Of a stretch of DNA of 32,505 nucleotides, positions 11,597 through 21,963 are shown one piece after another. The translations under genes and the position numbers were made by a program. Source of the DNA: Octopus bimaculoides (taxonomy: Eukaryota). Where the stretch lies: contig NC_068995.1 in NCBI RefSeq assembly GCF_001194135.2, positions 37,465,213 through 37,497,717 of the forward strand, given 5' to 3'. Under the pieces are notes generated by a model. That model saw only the letters and a list, made by a program, of their open reading frames with translations, was not told where the DNA came from and searched no databases. Each line of letters begins with the position of its first letter. Position 1 is the stretch's first letter.

Positions 11597-11750
11597 CAGT
11601 ACCGGGCAGTGGCTCTGATGGCTTTTGATATTAAGTTATTGGGAGTGTTATCATGTATATTGTTTCGTCTTGGTATAAAAGATGGGCTACAGCAAATATT
11701 CTGCGCAATTCCACAGATTTGCTTGTCAGTTGTTTGACCTTAACCAGATA
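11596..11750 (-). mobile_element. Probable 3'UTR of a 5'-truncated non-LTR retroelement ending at (TTA)n
   Basis: A 155-bp non-coding block that I recall as a common octopus interspersed repeat; on the minus strand it runs directly into the (TTA)n tract. No protein motif is present, so the family is not established. Confidence 0.45.
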
Positions 11751-11765
11751 AAAGTAAATAAAAAA

Positions 11766-12605
11766 AAGCAAAGTATTTGACAATAAATGCATACAGAGGA
11801 TTGTACAGTTACACCCGATTACCTTTTGAATTAAAGTTGGTACCAGCAATACTCCAGCAAATCATGGATACTATGTTATCCGATTGTGAATTTGCAATCC
11901 CGTACTCGAGCGATATTTTGATCAAGAGTAATTCTCGTGAACAGCATGTGGAACATATAAAAACCCTCTTTAAGAAAATTAAGGTTATCGAGTTTACTTT
12001 GAGTGAAGAAATATGCGAATTCTTTCTACTCCAAATTAAGTTCTTGTGGGCAAATAATTGATAAAAGTGGTAGATGTTCTGACCCGTTGAGGGCAGACAC
12101 GATAAGGAATATTCATGCGCCGACGAATATTCCAACTTTACAAGCATTTCTTGGGTTGGCAAACTATTATCAAAGTTACATTCCTAATATGTACAAGTTA
12201 AGAGTTCTATTGGGCGACTTATTAAAAAAAGAAGAAGTGGAATTGGTCCACTAAGTGCAAGAATACTTTTGAAGAAATAAAAAAAAATCTAATTTCAGAC
12301 TTGTCATTAGCACATTATGATCCCGAAATTGACATCATTGTAGCATCTGATGCTTCCGAGCACGGATTAGGGGAAGTTCTATTTCATAAATACGAAGATG
12401 GAAGTACAAAACAAGTTCATGTTTCGCACTCGCTAATAGCGGCAGAAAAGAGATATAGTCAAATTGAAAAGGAGGCCCTAGCAATTATTTTGGCAGTTAA
12501 AAAATTTCACAGGTTTCTGCATGGCAGAACAGACCATAGATCTTAGCTGTAAATGTTATGGGTCTAAAAAAGGGTTGCTGACTTACACTGCGAACTGCTT
12601 GCAAT
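11766..12605 (+). mobile_element. Decayed Ty3/gypsy LTR-retrotransposon pol fragment (RT C-terminal half, RNase H)
   Basis: TINAYRGLYSYTRLPF..PAILQQIMDTML; YSSD at the YxDD site; FLG(Q)IIDK; LQAFLGLANYY; LAHYDP; ASDAS..GLG; YSQIEKEALAII.AVKKFH.FLHGR; TDHR; YGSKKG..TANCLQ. Frameshifts near 12046 and 12235, a deletion before TDH, and stops. No LTR, gag or integrase seen. Confidence 0.93.
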
Positions 12606-12610
12606 GTTCT

Positions 12611-12806
12611 TATTACTCTGTTAAATACAATGTTTATTTATTTACATTATTTTGAATTAACCATGTATTATCTTGCAGCTTTGAGATTTGGATGATGTGA
12701 TTGTTAATAATATTGTAGGGTAGGTGTGAGAGGCTGTAGCTCTCCGGTTTGATCATAAAAAGGTAGAATATCTAGGCCGTATATGACCGGTTTAAATGTT
12801 AAAGGG
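12611..12806. mobile_element. Non-autonomous DNA transposon (piggyBac-like MITE), left end missing
   Basis: Right end reads ...tttaaatgttAAAGGG|ATAA, consistent with a CCCTTT terminus and a mutated TTAA site. The body resembles an octopus repeat I recall. Only one terminus is visible. Confidence 0.5.
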
Positions 12807-13142
12807 ATAATCCTATAATATGATCAAGCAATTATATACTACCAGAAGAGCAGGGAGGATTTCAGGAATAGACACGTAGCTATAAAGGGCAGCTGGTGGT
12901 GAATCAACCTATTACAGGAGACCAATTAAAGAGGAAAACAAACTTCAGAATTGCATTGATTTGTTACTGAGAATTATTTGATAGCATTTGTACAATCAAT
13001 TAAATAGAAAAACAAACAAACAAAAGAGATAATACACTGTGCTGAGAGAGCAGAAGTTAAATTATAAAAATTCTAAAAAGGATGACTTTTGGAATTATGT
13101 AACCCAAAATCTGACTCAACGAAATTATATTAGTTTCATATA

Positions 13143-13329
13143 TTTGCACAATGTCGGCAATTTTAGTTGAGGAGGTAAGCCGATATTATAGACCTCAGTG
13201 GTCTATCGAACCCTAAAGTGATAAAAAGCAAAGTCGACCTCAGTGGAATTTGAGCTCAGAACGTAATGACGGTGAAAATGCCGGAAGCATTATTGACGGT
13301 GTGCTAACGATTCTGCCAGTTCACAGCCT
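13143..13329 (-). mobile_element. SINE family A copy, internally deleted
   Basis: aaagtcgacctcagtggaatttgagctcagaacgtaa...gtgctaacgattctgccagttc matches the other copies. Confidence 0.82.
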
Positions 13330-13462
13330 ACAGACGCGGCGAAATTACATAGACTACGAATTGTAGGCAAGGGAAAGCTGCAACAAGATAACAATTACAA
13401 TATATGTATATATATATATTGTAGCATTAGAAAAGTCATATTTATCAAAATCATAATAAACT

Positions 13463-13540
13463 AGGCAAGGCTGTGTGGTTTTAGAAGGTCGCTTTGGAAA
13501 CATGTGGTCTCAGGTTCAGTTCAATCGCGCGTTTGGGAAG
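13463..13540 (+). mobile_element. Isolated tRNA-like head of SINE family B
   Basis: aggcaaggctgtgtggttttagaag...acatgtggtctcaggttcagttc resembles the reverse complement of the head at 21860-21918. Confidence 0.55.
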
Positions 13541-14077
13541 AAAGGAGGAAACAATTAACTCCATTATCTTAAGGTCTTCGTACTTTTGAAATTAGGCCAG
13601 AATTAGGAAATGTCGACTGAAAAGAAATGCTCTAAACCTACATCAGAAAAGGTGTCAAAGAATAACAACGCGTTCTTACTTTGAGATTTGACAATTCACA
13701 AGAACAAATCACTCACGGCTTATCAATCGACAATTGTGTTAAGAATATAAACACTTTTATTAATAAAAAACATAAAAAAGATGAAAATAAGCGGAAGAAG
13801 GCTGCAACAAAGCAGCGGAAGACGGAGGAGGTGTGACGATGTTAAGTATTTATGTATTTATGTTGCATTCCCGTCTCTAATGTCGTGGTACTGTTACGAT
13901 TTTGTGATGGATTGTTTAGATAAACTGTACCAGTGTAGTAACAGTAAACAAGATAACGATGCAGCCGTAATAACAACGTAACGATCGAACAATCTCTTCA
14001 CAAACCAACAATCAATATCGCAAATAAACTAACCAACCGACACTTTCCTACTTCACAGATAATTCAACTCCAACTCG

Positions 14078-14685
14078 GTCGAGTCTGTAGCGATGATTAC
14101 TTAGCCACCCTCCTTCAATCGGGCAGGCAAGGCGGATTTCCTTTGCCTAGTGGCTATTGTGAAAGAGGTTGTTTAATGGACAAGGTTGAAAGGCATGAGG
14201 ACAGATACGTTCCTCTTTGGTAGGGCTCTCATTAACTTCTTCAAGTTTCACTTGAAAAGGAAACTGAGAGTGGAGAGGTAAGTGCTGTCTTCGAGTGAGT
14301 TCACTGAAAGGTGGGTGAAAGTTGCGAAAATGGTAAGAGTGGATGGCACCTGTCTAAGTGTAGACCTGTGAGTCGGAGAGAAAGAACTGGAGAGGGTATT
14401 TGCTCTTGGTATTCAGGGAAATCTCGGACGGTGGGTGTTCCTTGATTATTCCTTTAGATCATCCTGTATCAGTCGGGCTACATCTCTATCACCCTCTCCC
14501 CAAATTTTTTGACCTTTGTATACTATTGACCTTTGTATACTATGTGTCTGTCTCTTCCTTTCCATTGTATGCCGTGTATTCTTACATCTATCATTTCATC
14601 AGATGTAAACCACCACACTTTATGTCTGTCTTTGTATTGCCCGCTTACCCTTTGCTCTGGTAGCAAATAAATGAAATCATCATCA

Positions 14686-14758
<73 letters not shown>
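14078..14758 (+). mobile_element. 5'-truncated L1/Tx1-clade LINE: ORF2 C-terminus, 3'UTR and tail
   Basis: 14078-14371 reads VESVAMIT*PPSFNRAGKADFLCLVAIVKEVV*WTRLKGMRTDTFLFGRALINFFKFHLKRKLRVER*VLSSSEFTERWVKVAKMVRVDGTCLSVDL*, resembling a Tx1 ORF2 C-terminus (recalled). A pyrimidine-rich UTR, AATAAA at 14666-14671 and (ATC)n(ATT)n follow. Confidence 0.7.
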
Positions 14759-14759
<1 letters not shown>

Positions 14760-15298
14760 TTTTTAATTTTATATTGATATATCATTTATAAGCCATGTAA
14801 ATAAACTTAGACAACAAACAAATACAGTGTTGTTTAAAACTGTCCTGTCTCATCGAAAAGTATTAATAATATATTCTTGACAACATTTAGTCACTGAATA
14901 CATTGAAACAAACAACGTCAGCGTTGACTAAGAGGTTCATCACTATTTTATCACCAGAATTCACTTCACCTTCTACACCATCTTCTACATCTTTCTTTTT
15001 TGAACTCTCTTACCATACTTATTTTATTTGAAATATACGCCAAACTTCAAATTTTGTATCATATTTCGATGATATATCCAGTTTAATCATGAATATTGAC
15101 AGAAGTCAAACAGTAACTATTGTATTTGGCAACTACAACTTATCTTTATTTGTAATATCTATTGCAAACAAACACTCAGACTTTACATCCTACAGTTAGC
15201 TGGTGTATGTTTGTATGCATGCGTATGTTCAGAAAATTTTTTATGTGCCTACAATTAAATACACACACATATACGTACATAAGAGCACCCACAAACTA

Positions 15299-15300
<2 letters not shown>

Positions 15301-15339
<39 letters not shown>
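15301..15339. repeat. (CT)n microsatellite
   Basis: Direct reading. Confidence 0.96.
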
Positions 15340-15343
<4 letters not shown>

Positions 15344-15560
15344 AACACACAGTCCCATATAGAGACAATAGGTGATATCCAGAGATGCTCAATGTAGTAA
15401 ACTAGTGAAGGTGCTCAAATAATTTGACTTGCACTTCGAAGTGTTTATCGAGAAATAATTCCGGTGCCTTTGAAAGAAATCCAGGTGAACTGATTTGGAG
15501 ATGGTGATGCAAATAAACACGCTGGGGCTTCATATATAAATTATGCATACATATACACAT

Positions 15561-15967
15561 GTATGGAACATGAGAAACTGCTTTGATGCCCGTATCTGTC
15601 AAGCAGTTGTTTATCATTGTGCGTTGTGGACTGGTGCATTGTGCTGGTCTTTTGAGAAGAAATCACTTCCTGAACTTTGCCAATGCTTCTGTCATGTACT
15701 CTTTGTTGGGAGTCTTGCTAGAACGAATACAGTGATTGTGCACAATGCCGTTGTTTTCAAAAAAGTCAATCGTCATGAGCTTCCTGGCAGACTTGCTTCG
15801 ACTAGCCTCTTGCACAAGCCAAAAAAAGATGCTCGGTTCAAACAAGTTAATTCATTAGCAAACTGGAGCATTTCATAGGTTTCTTTAGCATTTTTGCCCA
15901 AAATTAACATAAAATGTTATTGCATAGCAAGGTTCCAAATTGTCTTTTCGTCCCGACTGCATTCTCC
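15561..15967 (-). mobile_element. Decayed, internally deleted mariner transposase
   Basis: N-terminal HTH remnant (YAITF..LGKNAKETYEMLQ...LNRASFF) fused to SRSKSARKLMTIDFFENNGIVHNH..TPNKEY, then KRP, HNAPVHN (the HDNAPxH catalytic motif) and KAVSHVPY (start of YSPDL). Frameshifts and stops present; TIRs not identified. Confidence 0.88.
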
Positions 15968-16214
15968 AAACTAGTCAGCTGTGACAAGCAGTGTTTATTA
16001 TAGTGTTTTCAAAATGTCGCTGTAGTTCTATGCTTCAATCTGGAATAACAAAATTTAAAGTCACTTTATTAGATTATAGTAACGACATAATAAAAATATG
16101 TAACTGCCTCACCTACAATATTTCAAAACCTCTGGAATGCACCTCGTAAACTCTCCAGCCCCGCACATACACATGTTTATATAGCTTTTGCACACACACA
16201 CACACATACAAACT

Positions 16215-17150
16215 CACATATATATATAAACATAAAGATAGCTATTGTTGGTCCATGGGATTACCCAGGGTTCCACGTCCATAAAACTATTAGCTTTACG
16301 GCGTCTCTTCGGATCATAATGACCAGTGGCCCATAACCTCTCGTCAAAATGGAGGCACAAAAGACTTTGTGACTCGTAGCTCAACACACGGCCAAAAAGA
16401 AGGGTGAAGCGCAAGAGATTGGTTCCCTTAAACCACGATCTGTAGTCGATCCAGTCGGCTTTGTGGGTCTCAGGACTTCAGTAGGAATCTCATGAAGTGT
16501 AAGCAAAATCTGAAGAGTGCCTTCCTGGAATTTAAGATGCTCACAGGGTCGAGTGAATTCATTAATATTCTCAGTCGTTCAGCTATGCACTAGTTGCAAT
16601 GCTCGCTCCTGTGGATGTTAAGGGCCCGCTTTTCCTACGATCTTCCATGAGATTACGTGTGGGGTCCTTTCGTCCTTCGGGCACGCACATAGCTGGCCTA
16701 GGACGTGCCGTGTCGACTGTCAGGGATCCTAAAGGAGGATCTGTAGTTGGAGAGGCCCTGTTTGAAGGTGTCTTCGAAAATTCCGACGTATCTTCGTATA
16801 CTTTTGCTGGCAATGTTGATGTATACTCTGGTACTTCCACTGTTGCTTATGTTGGTATTATTGGCGTTGGTGTTGGGATTGGCGTCGTTAATTCTGACGT
16901 AGTGTGCATCATCGGGGGCGGTGTTCGTGTTGGCACTGTTGGTACTACTATAGCCCTCGTCGTTCCGGTTGGCGTCAATACTGCCGTTCATGCTTCTGCA
17001 GCAGTATTTGGGAAAGTGGCTGATGCTATTAAGGATCAGATACCACCTCAGCCTCGTAAACGACCACTCGGTTTCTCATGGCCTCCTACCGGACTTCTGC
17101 TGTAGGCCCTGCATGAACATTCCGCCTCAGCTCGTGGTCTAAGCGTGTTA
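16215..17150 (-). pseudogene. GC-rich decayed Thr/Pro-rich reading frame, probably a retroelement ORF1/gag remnant (unassigned)
   Basis: Clearly more GC-rich than its flanks. The minus frame TAVLTPTGTTRAIVVPTVPTRTPPP...PTPIIPT*ATVEVPEY...GASIATSA* has in-frame stops. It ends at a short (TA)n. No diagnostic catalytic motif. Confidence 0.35.
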
Positions 17151-18624
17151 GATAAAGTACTCTTAATATAGTTCCCTGTTAGTGTGTATGTTTTTTATTC
17201 ATGTAACTATAGAATTAGAGAAGTTTGGCTTTTATTTCCAGCAATATAGGTGTTTCCTAACACCCTGCTGGAATTAAGTGATATAGATCGNNNNNNNNNN
17301 NNNNNNNNNNNNNNNNNNNNNNNNNNNNNNNNNNNNNNNNNNNNNNNNNNNNNNNNNNNNNNNNNNNNNNNNNNNNNNNNNNNNNNNNNNNNNNNNNNNN
17401 NNNNNNNNNNNNNNNNNNNNNNNNNNNNNNNNNNNNNNNNNNNNNNNNNNNNNNNNNNNNNNNNNNNNNNNNNNNNNNNNNNNNNNNNNNNNNNNNNNNN
17501 NNNNNNNNNNNNNNNNNNNNNNNNNNNNNNNNNNNNNNNNNNNNNNNNNNNNNNNNNNNNNNNNNNNNNNNNNNNNNNNNNNNNNNNNNNNNNNNNNNNN
17601 NNNNNNNNNNNNNNNNNNNNNNNNNNNNNNNNNNNNNNNNNNNNNNNNNNNNNNNNNNNNNNNNNNNNNNNNNNNNNNNNNNNNNNNNNNNNNNNNNNNN
17701 NNNNNNNNNNNNNNNNNNNNNNNNNNNNNNNNNNNNNNNNNNNNNNNNNNNNNNNNNNNNNNNNNNNNNNNNNNNNNNNNNNNNNNNNNNNNNNNNNNNN
17801 NNNNNNNNNNNNNNNNNNNNNNNNNNNNNNNNNNNNNNNNNNNNNNNNNNNNNNNNNNNNNNNNNNNNNNNNNNNNNNNNNNNNNNNNNNNNNNNNNNNN
17901 NNNNNNNNNNNNNNNNNNNNNNNNNNNNNNNNNNNNNNNNNNNNNNNNNNNNNNNNNNNNNNNNNNNNNNNNNNNNNNNNNNNNNNNNNNNNNNNNNNNN
18001 NNNNNNNNNNNNNNNNNNNNNNNNNNNNNNNNNNNNNNNNNNNNNNNNNNNNNNNNNNNNNNNNNNNNNNNNNNNNNNNNNNNNNNNNNNNNNTATATAT
18101 ATATATATATATGGTAATCAGGGAAGCCATATTTGGTTGCCGCGCATTAGCTCAATAGTGCTACGGATTAATACACACAACAATTCCTGCTCAGCAGTGT
18201 TTGGCGCCGTATTAAATTTAGTTAGCGGAAGGACGCGCGACGATCAACAGAGAATTTTCTTCATTTCTCTCGATTCCTAGTTTCTCACTTCAACTTAGCG
18301 GCACGGATACATTTTATAGTTCAGTTCCCTCAACGCAATGGATGCTATGAATAATTCTTTCTCCTCCGACTTAGCACAGACCAACTTATAACTGCTGGCT
18401 CATCACTGCTTACGACTTCTCATTCTTGCCTATGTAAGTTATTTCGGCTTCCTTGACTCATGTACATATACTCACACACATACAGGCATCAACTCTCACT
18501 ATTTGTCTGCTGTTGGACACTTTTCATTGTTACTACTCGCCAGCACTCCTTGGATTGAATAAAGTTTAATGTTTTGTTATAAATGCTTTCTCCACACCTT
18601 CACCTTAACCTGAACACGCAACAT

Positions 18625-18663
<39 letters not shown>

Positions 18664-18664
<1 letters not shown>

Positions 18665-18942
18665 AAGTGAAGTATATTGCCACTTAAATGTGGCTGACCC
18701 CTAGGGGTGGATGTTACTGTTGCTGTTAGCCCCAGGAGGACATCTCCTCCAGCTGGCTTATCGACACACTTCTGTGTCCTGTTTATTTTTGTTTTGCCAA
18801 GGGAAGTTATCCCTCCCATCGTGATCTGTAGCACGAACGGAGGGATGGGAGGGATAACTTCCCTTGGCAAAACAAAAATAGACAGGACACAGAAGTGTGT
18901 CGATAGGCCAGCTGGAGGAGATGTCCTCCTAGGGCTAAAAGC
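18664..18942. mobile_element. Fold-back element: 99-bp inverted arms (18722-18820 / 18844-18942), 23-nt loop, flanked by (TA)n
   Basis: Base-by-base pairing gives 95/99 matches (mismatches 18725/18939, 18733/18931, 18758/18906, 18783/18881). The right arm runs into an 11-N gap. The structure is certain; the mobile-element interpretation is inference. Confidence 0.8.
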
Positions 18943-18953
18943 NNNNNNNNNNN

Positions 18954-18987
<34 letters not shown>

Positions 18988-20285
18988 TGAGGAAAATCCT
19001 GTGCGTATATGTTAATCTTCTCGCACTCTATCGTTTATTATGCACGTATCACTTTTCCTCCGGCACAACCAGTGTTGAATCACTGCTTTACTATTTTGCC
19101 ATACTCCCTAATCTTCATTGCTTGCTTTGTCTTTTTCACTCTTTCTTTCCGCTTCCTTCTCTCTCCCTCTCTCACATTATATTTATAATTAATTGTTTTA
19201 TGCTCTCCTTCTGTCCCCAGTCTCTCTTTCCAAATTTATTTTGTTGTAAGTCTTGATTGATGAAAAGTTAATTCTAATTATGCTGGCAAGAAATGTCTGC
19301 TATTGAAAGCAACTAATTGTAATTTAAGCTGGAATTCGAATTTTGCTGTTGCAAGCTCAAATTACAGACACGACAAAATTTTGCATTCCTAAAATTTACG
19401 GATGATTTACTAAAATGTTTCTAGCATTGTAATAATAATTGATGCTAACATTGCAGTGACGTTTGTTTGCCGCCTCGGTCACAGTTCGCCTTTATTTTCA
19501 CCTGTAATTCCATATGGAAATAATTTTACGAAGGAATCTTTAATGGCGCGCATTCATTCGCAGGCATAATTTCACATTCCGGATTTTTTTTCACTTAAAA
19601 CCGTGCAAAAATCATGGATTTGTTTAGTAAGTGTCAAATATTTGGGTCGGTCAGGTATCATATACATACCATAGATTTACAAAAATGGAATTTTCAGCAT
19701 GCATTTACTTTGATCTGTTTGACAAATAAGATTCACTTATTCCGATGCTATTTATGAACCGGCATGCGAAAAAAAAATAGAACCAACGTTTCCTCAACGT
19801 TTCGTAAAAGGTGAATAAAAGAGGTTGAGCTAGGATCTGCATTCCGACTTCGTAAAACCCTCGCCAGCAACGACTACCCAAATAGACCCATGAGACGGAG
19901 GTTTGTTGCCCGAATGATGCAAAGGTGTCATCCATCAAGAGTTGGGAATCAACCAACAAATGGCGAACTACCTCAGCATACAAGTACAAGAAAATCATGT
20001 CTAGAATAAAAACAAATAATGTAAAATAATACAAACAAATTAATCACCAAAAAATGTACCCAGAAGACACATCCAAGGAAGACAAACATCCAAAAGATGC
20101 TACTTAAGAATAACGTACCTTGATTCATTGATTCGTTGTTTCTTTTACGCATATTTACGAGAAATCCCAAAATGGAGACGAACACCATTTTCCATGTAAT
20201 CGGCTTGAGAAATTGTTAAGGTACTAGGATATTTTCCTATTTTCCTTAGCATGAAAACAATGGTAGCCTTAATTCACTAATAAGG

Positions 20286-20286
<1 letters not shown>

Positions 20287-20376
<90 letters not shown>

Positions 20377-20420
20377 ACACACACACATACACACACACAC
20401 ATGTATATACATATATATAT
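20287..20420. repeat. Long (CA)n then (TA)n microsatellite
   Basis: Direct reading. Confidence 0.97.
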
Positions 20421-20560
20421 ATGGATTATTTTCAGTTTACGTCTACCAAATTCACTCAAAAGACTTTGGTTGGTCCGAGGCTATAGTAGAAAACACTTGA
20501 CCAAGGTTCCATGCAGTGGAATCAGGTGTTTGGGAAGCAAGCGTCTTACTACACAGCCAT
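20421..20560 (-). mobile_element. SINE family B, 5' half
   Basis: ttcagtttacgtctaccaaattcactcaaaagactttggttggtccgaggctatagtagaaaacacttgaccaagg...cttactacacagcc matches 21765-21912. Confidence 0.85.
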
Positions 20561-21474
20561 ATCAAATATTTAATATATATATATATCATCTGTGTGTCTA
20601 TGTGTGTGTGTGTGTTTCCTTGTGTATCTATGTATGTGCGTGTATAACGATATTGTGACAACGAAATAATTAAGTAGTTTGCGTAATACTAGAAGCAGAC
20701 ATTGTTAAGTCAAGATCGGCATTTCAGAATTCAGTTAGAAGGATGCATTGAACAGAGAATTATATATCAACAATAAGATGATTGAAATAGGAAAATGCTT
20801 TAAAATTCAATAATATAAGATAACCTCTCTATTGTGGAAGCAATGAAGCACTCGCCATTCGACTCAAAAGCAATATTTTACAGATTGCACGGTATGTGGG
20901 AACCTTGATTGAATTAGGAAAGGAAATGTAACAAGTATTTAAACAAAATTAATGACGGCTAATAGAAAGTCAAAATAAAATGAAATGTTTATGGAGATGT
21001 TAGTTTAGTGTTTATTTGAATATCAGTTATATCAGTTATAGCAAACGATAATCATACCAAATGAGATATCAAAGTTCAGAAGTACGTTTGTGTATTATAC
21101 AAGTTTGCGACATAATCTAAATATGACACCGATAATAATTTTAATACAAAATAACCAGAAGGCATTTATATGAACATATCTATTAATGCCACATGAGAGA
21201 TCAAATTTCAGTGATATGCCTACGTTTATATGCAAGTTTGTGTCACAATGGAAATATTGCATTTACTGAATATTAATGCACGGTGATAAAAAAAAAGTGC
21301 ATTTAACCAAATATCTGTTACAAATATAAAGATTTTCTTTCAATTGATGTTTGAAAGATAATTGTGGGTAAGTCTATATTAGTCACAGCGAATATAAATA
21401 TAGATAAAGTTCTAGAAATGAACCACGTACTTACAATAATTTTGGAACACGCTTCTTCATATTTCTACATTATA

Positions 21475-21687
21475 GTTTACTTGTTTCAGTCAATTGACTG
21501 TGGCCATGCTGGAGCCTCACCTTGAAGGATTTTTAGTCGAACAAATCGACCGTAGGACTTATTATTTTTTTACAGATTGATACTCGTTCGCTGAACTGTT
21601 ACAGTGGCGCAAACACAGCAATACCTGTTGTCAAGCGGTATGGTGTGGAGTGAGGGCAGACACAGGCATACACACATATGTAGCTGT

Positions 21688-21754
<67 letters not shown>

Positions 21755-21918
21755 TATGCGACGGGTTTCTTTCAGTTTCCCTCTATCAAATCCACTCAGA
21801 AGGCTTTGGTTGGCCGGAGGATCTAATAGAAGACACTTGCCCATGGTGTCACCCAGTGGATCTGAACTCAGAACCATGTGACTAGTAAGTAAGTTTCTTA
21901 CCATACAGCCACGACTGC
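21475..21918 (-). mobile_element. SINE family B, full length with internal (TA)n
   Basis: Minus-strand head GCAGTCGTGGCTGTATGGTAAG (A-box-like), GAGTTCAGATCC (B-box-like), CCATGGGCAAGTGTCTT (CORE-like); body shared with three other copies. Confidence 0.88.
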
Positions 21919-21963
21919 ATTAATTTATTCAAGGTATGTTGTTAATTTATAATGGTGTTTCGT

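Noticed and set aside
16599-17105. 168-aa V/G-rich plus-strand ORF as a membrane protein
   Set aside because: Its composition is the antisense shadow of the Thr/Pro-rich minus frame.
19250-19700. Repeat-free stretch with many TAAT motifs as a possible enhancer
   Set aside because: TAAT is frequent in AT-rich DNA; needs conservation or chromatin data.
19830-20010. LRKTLASNDYP resembling a Penelope RT C-terminal motif
   Set aside because: One short motif only, with no other PLE motif, GIY-YIG domain or hammerhead nearby.
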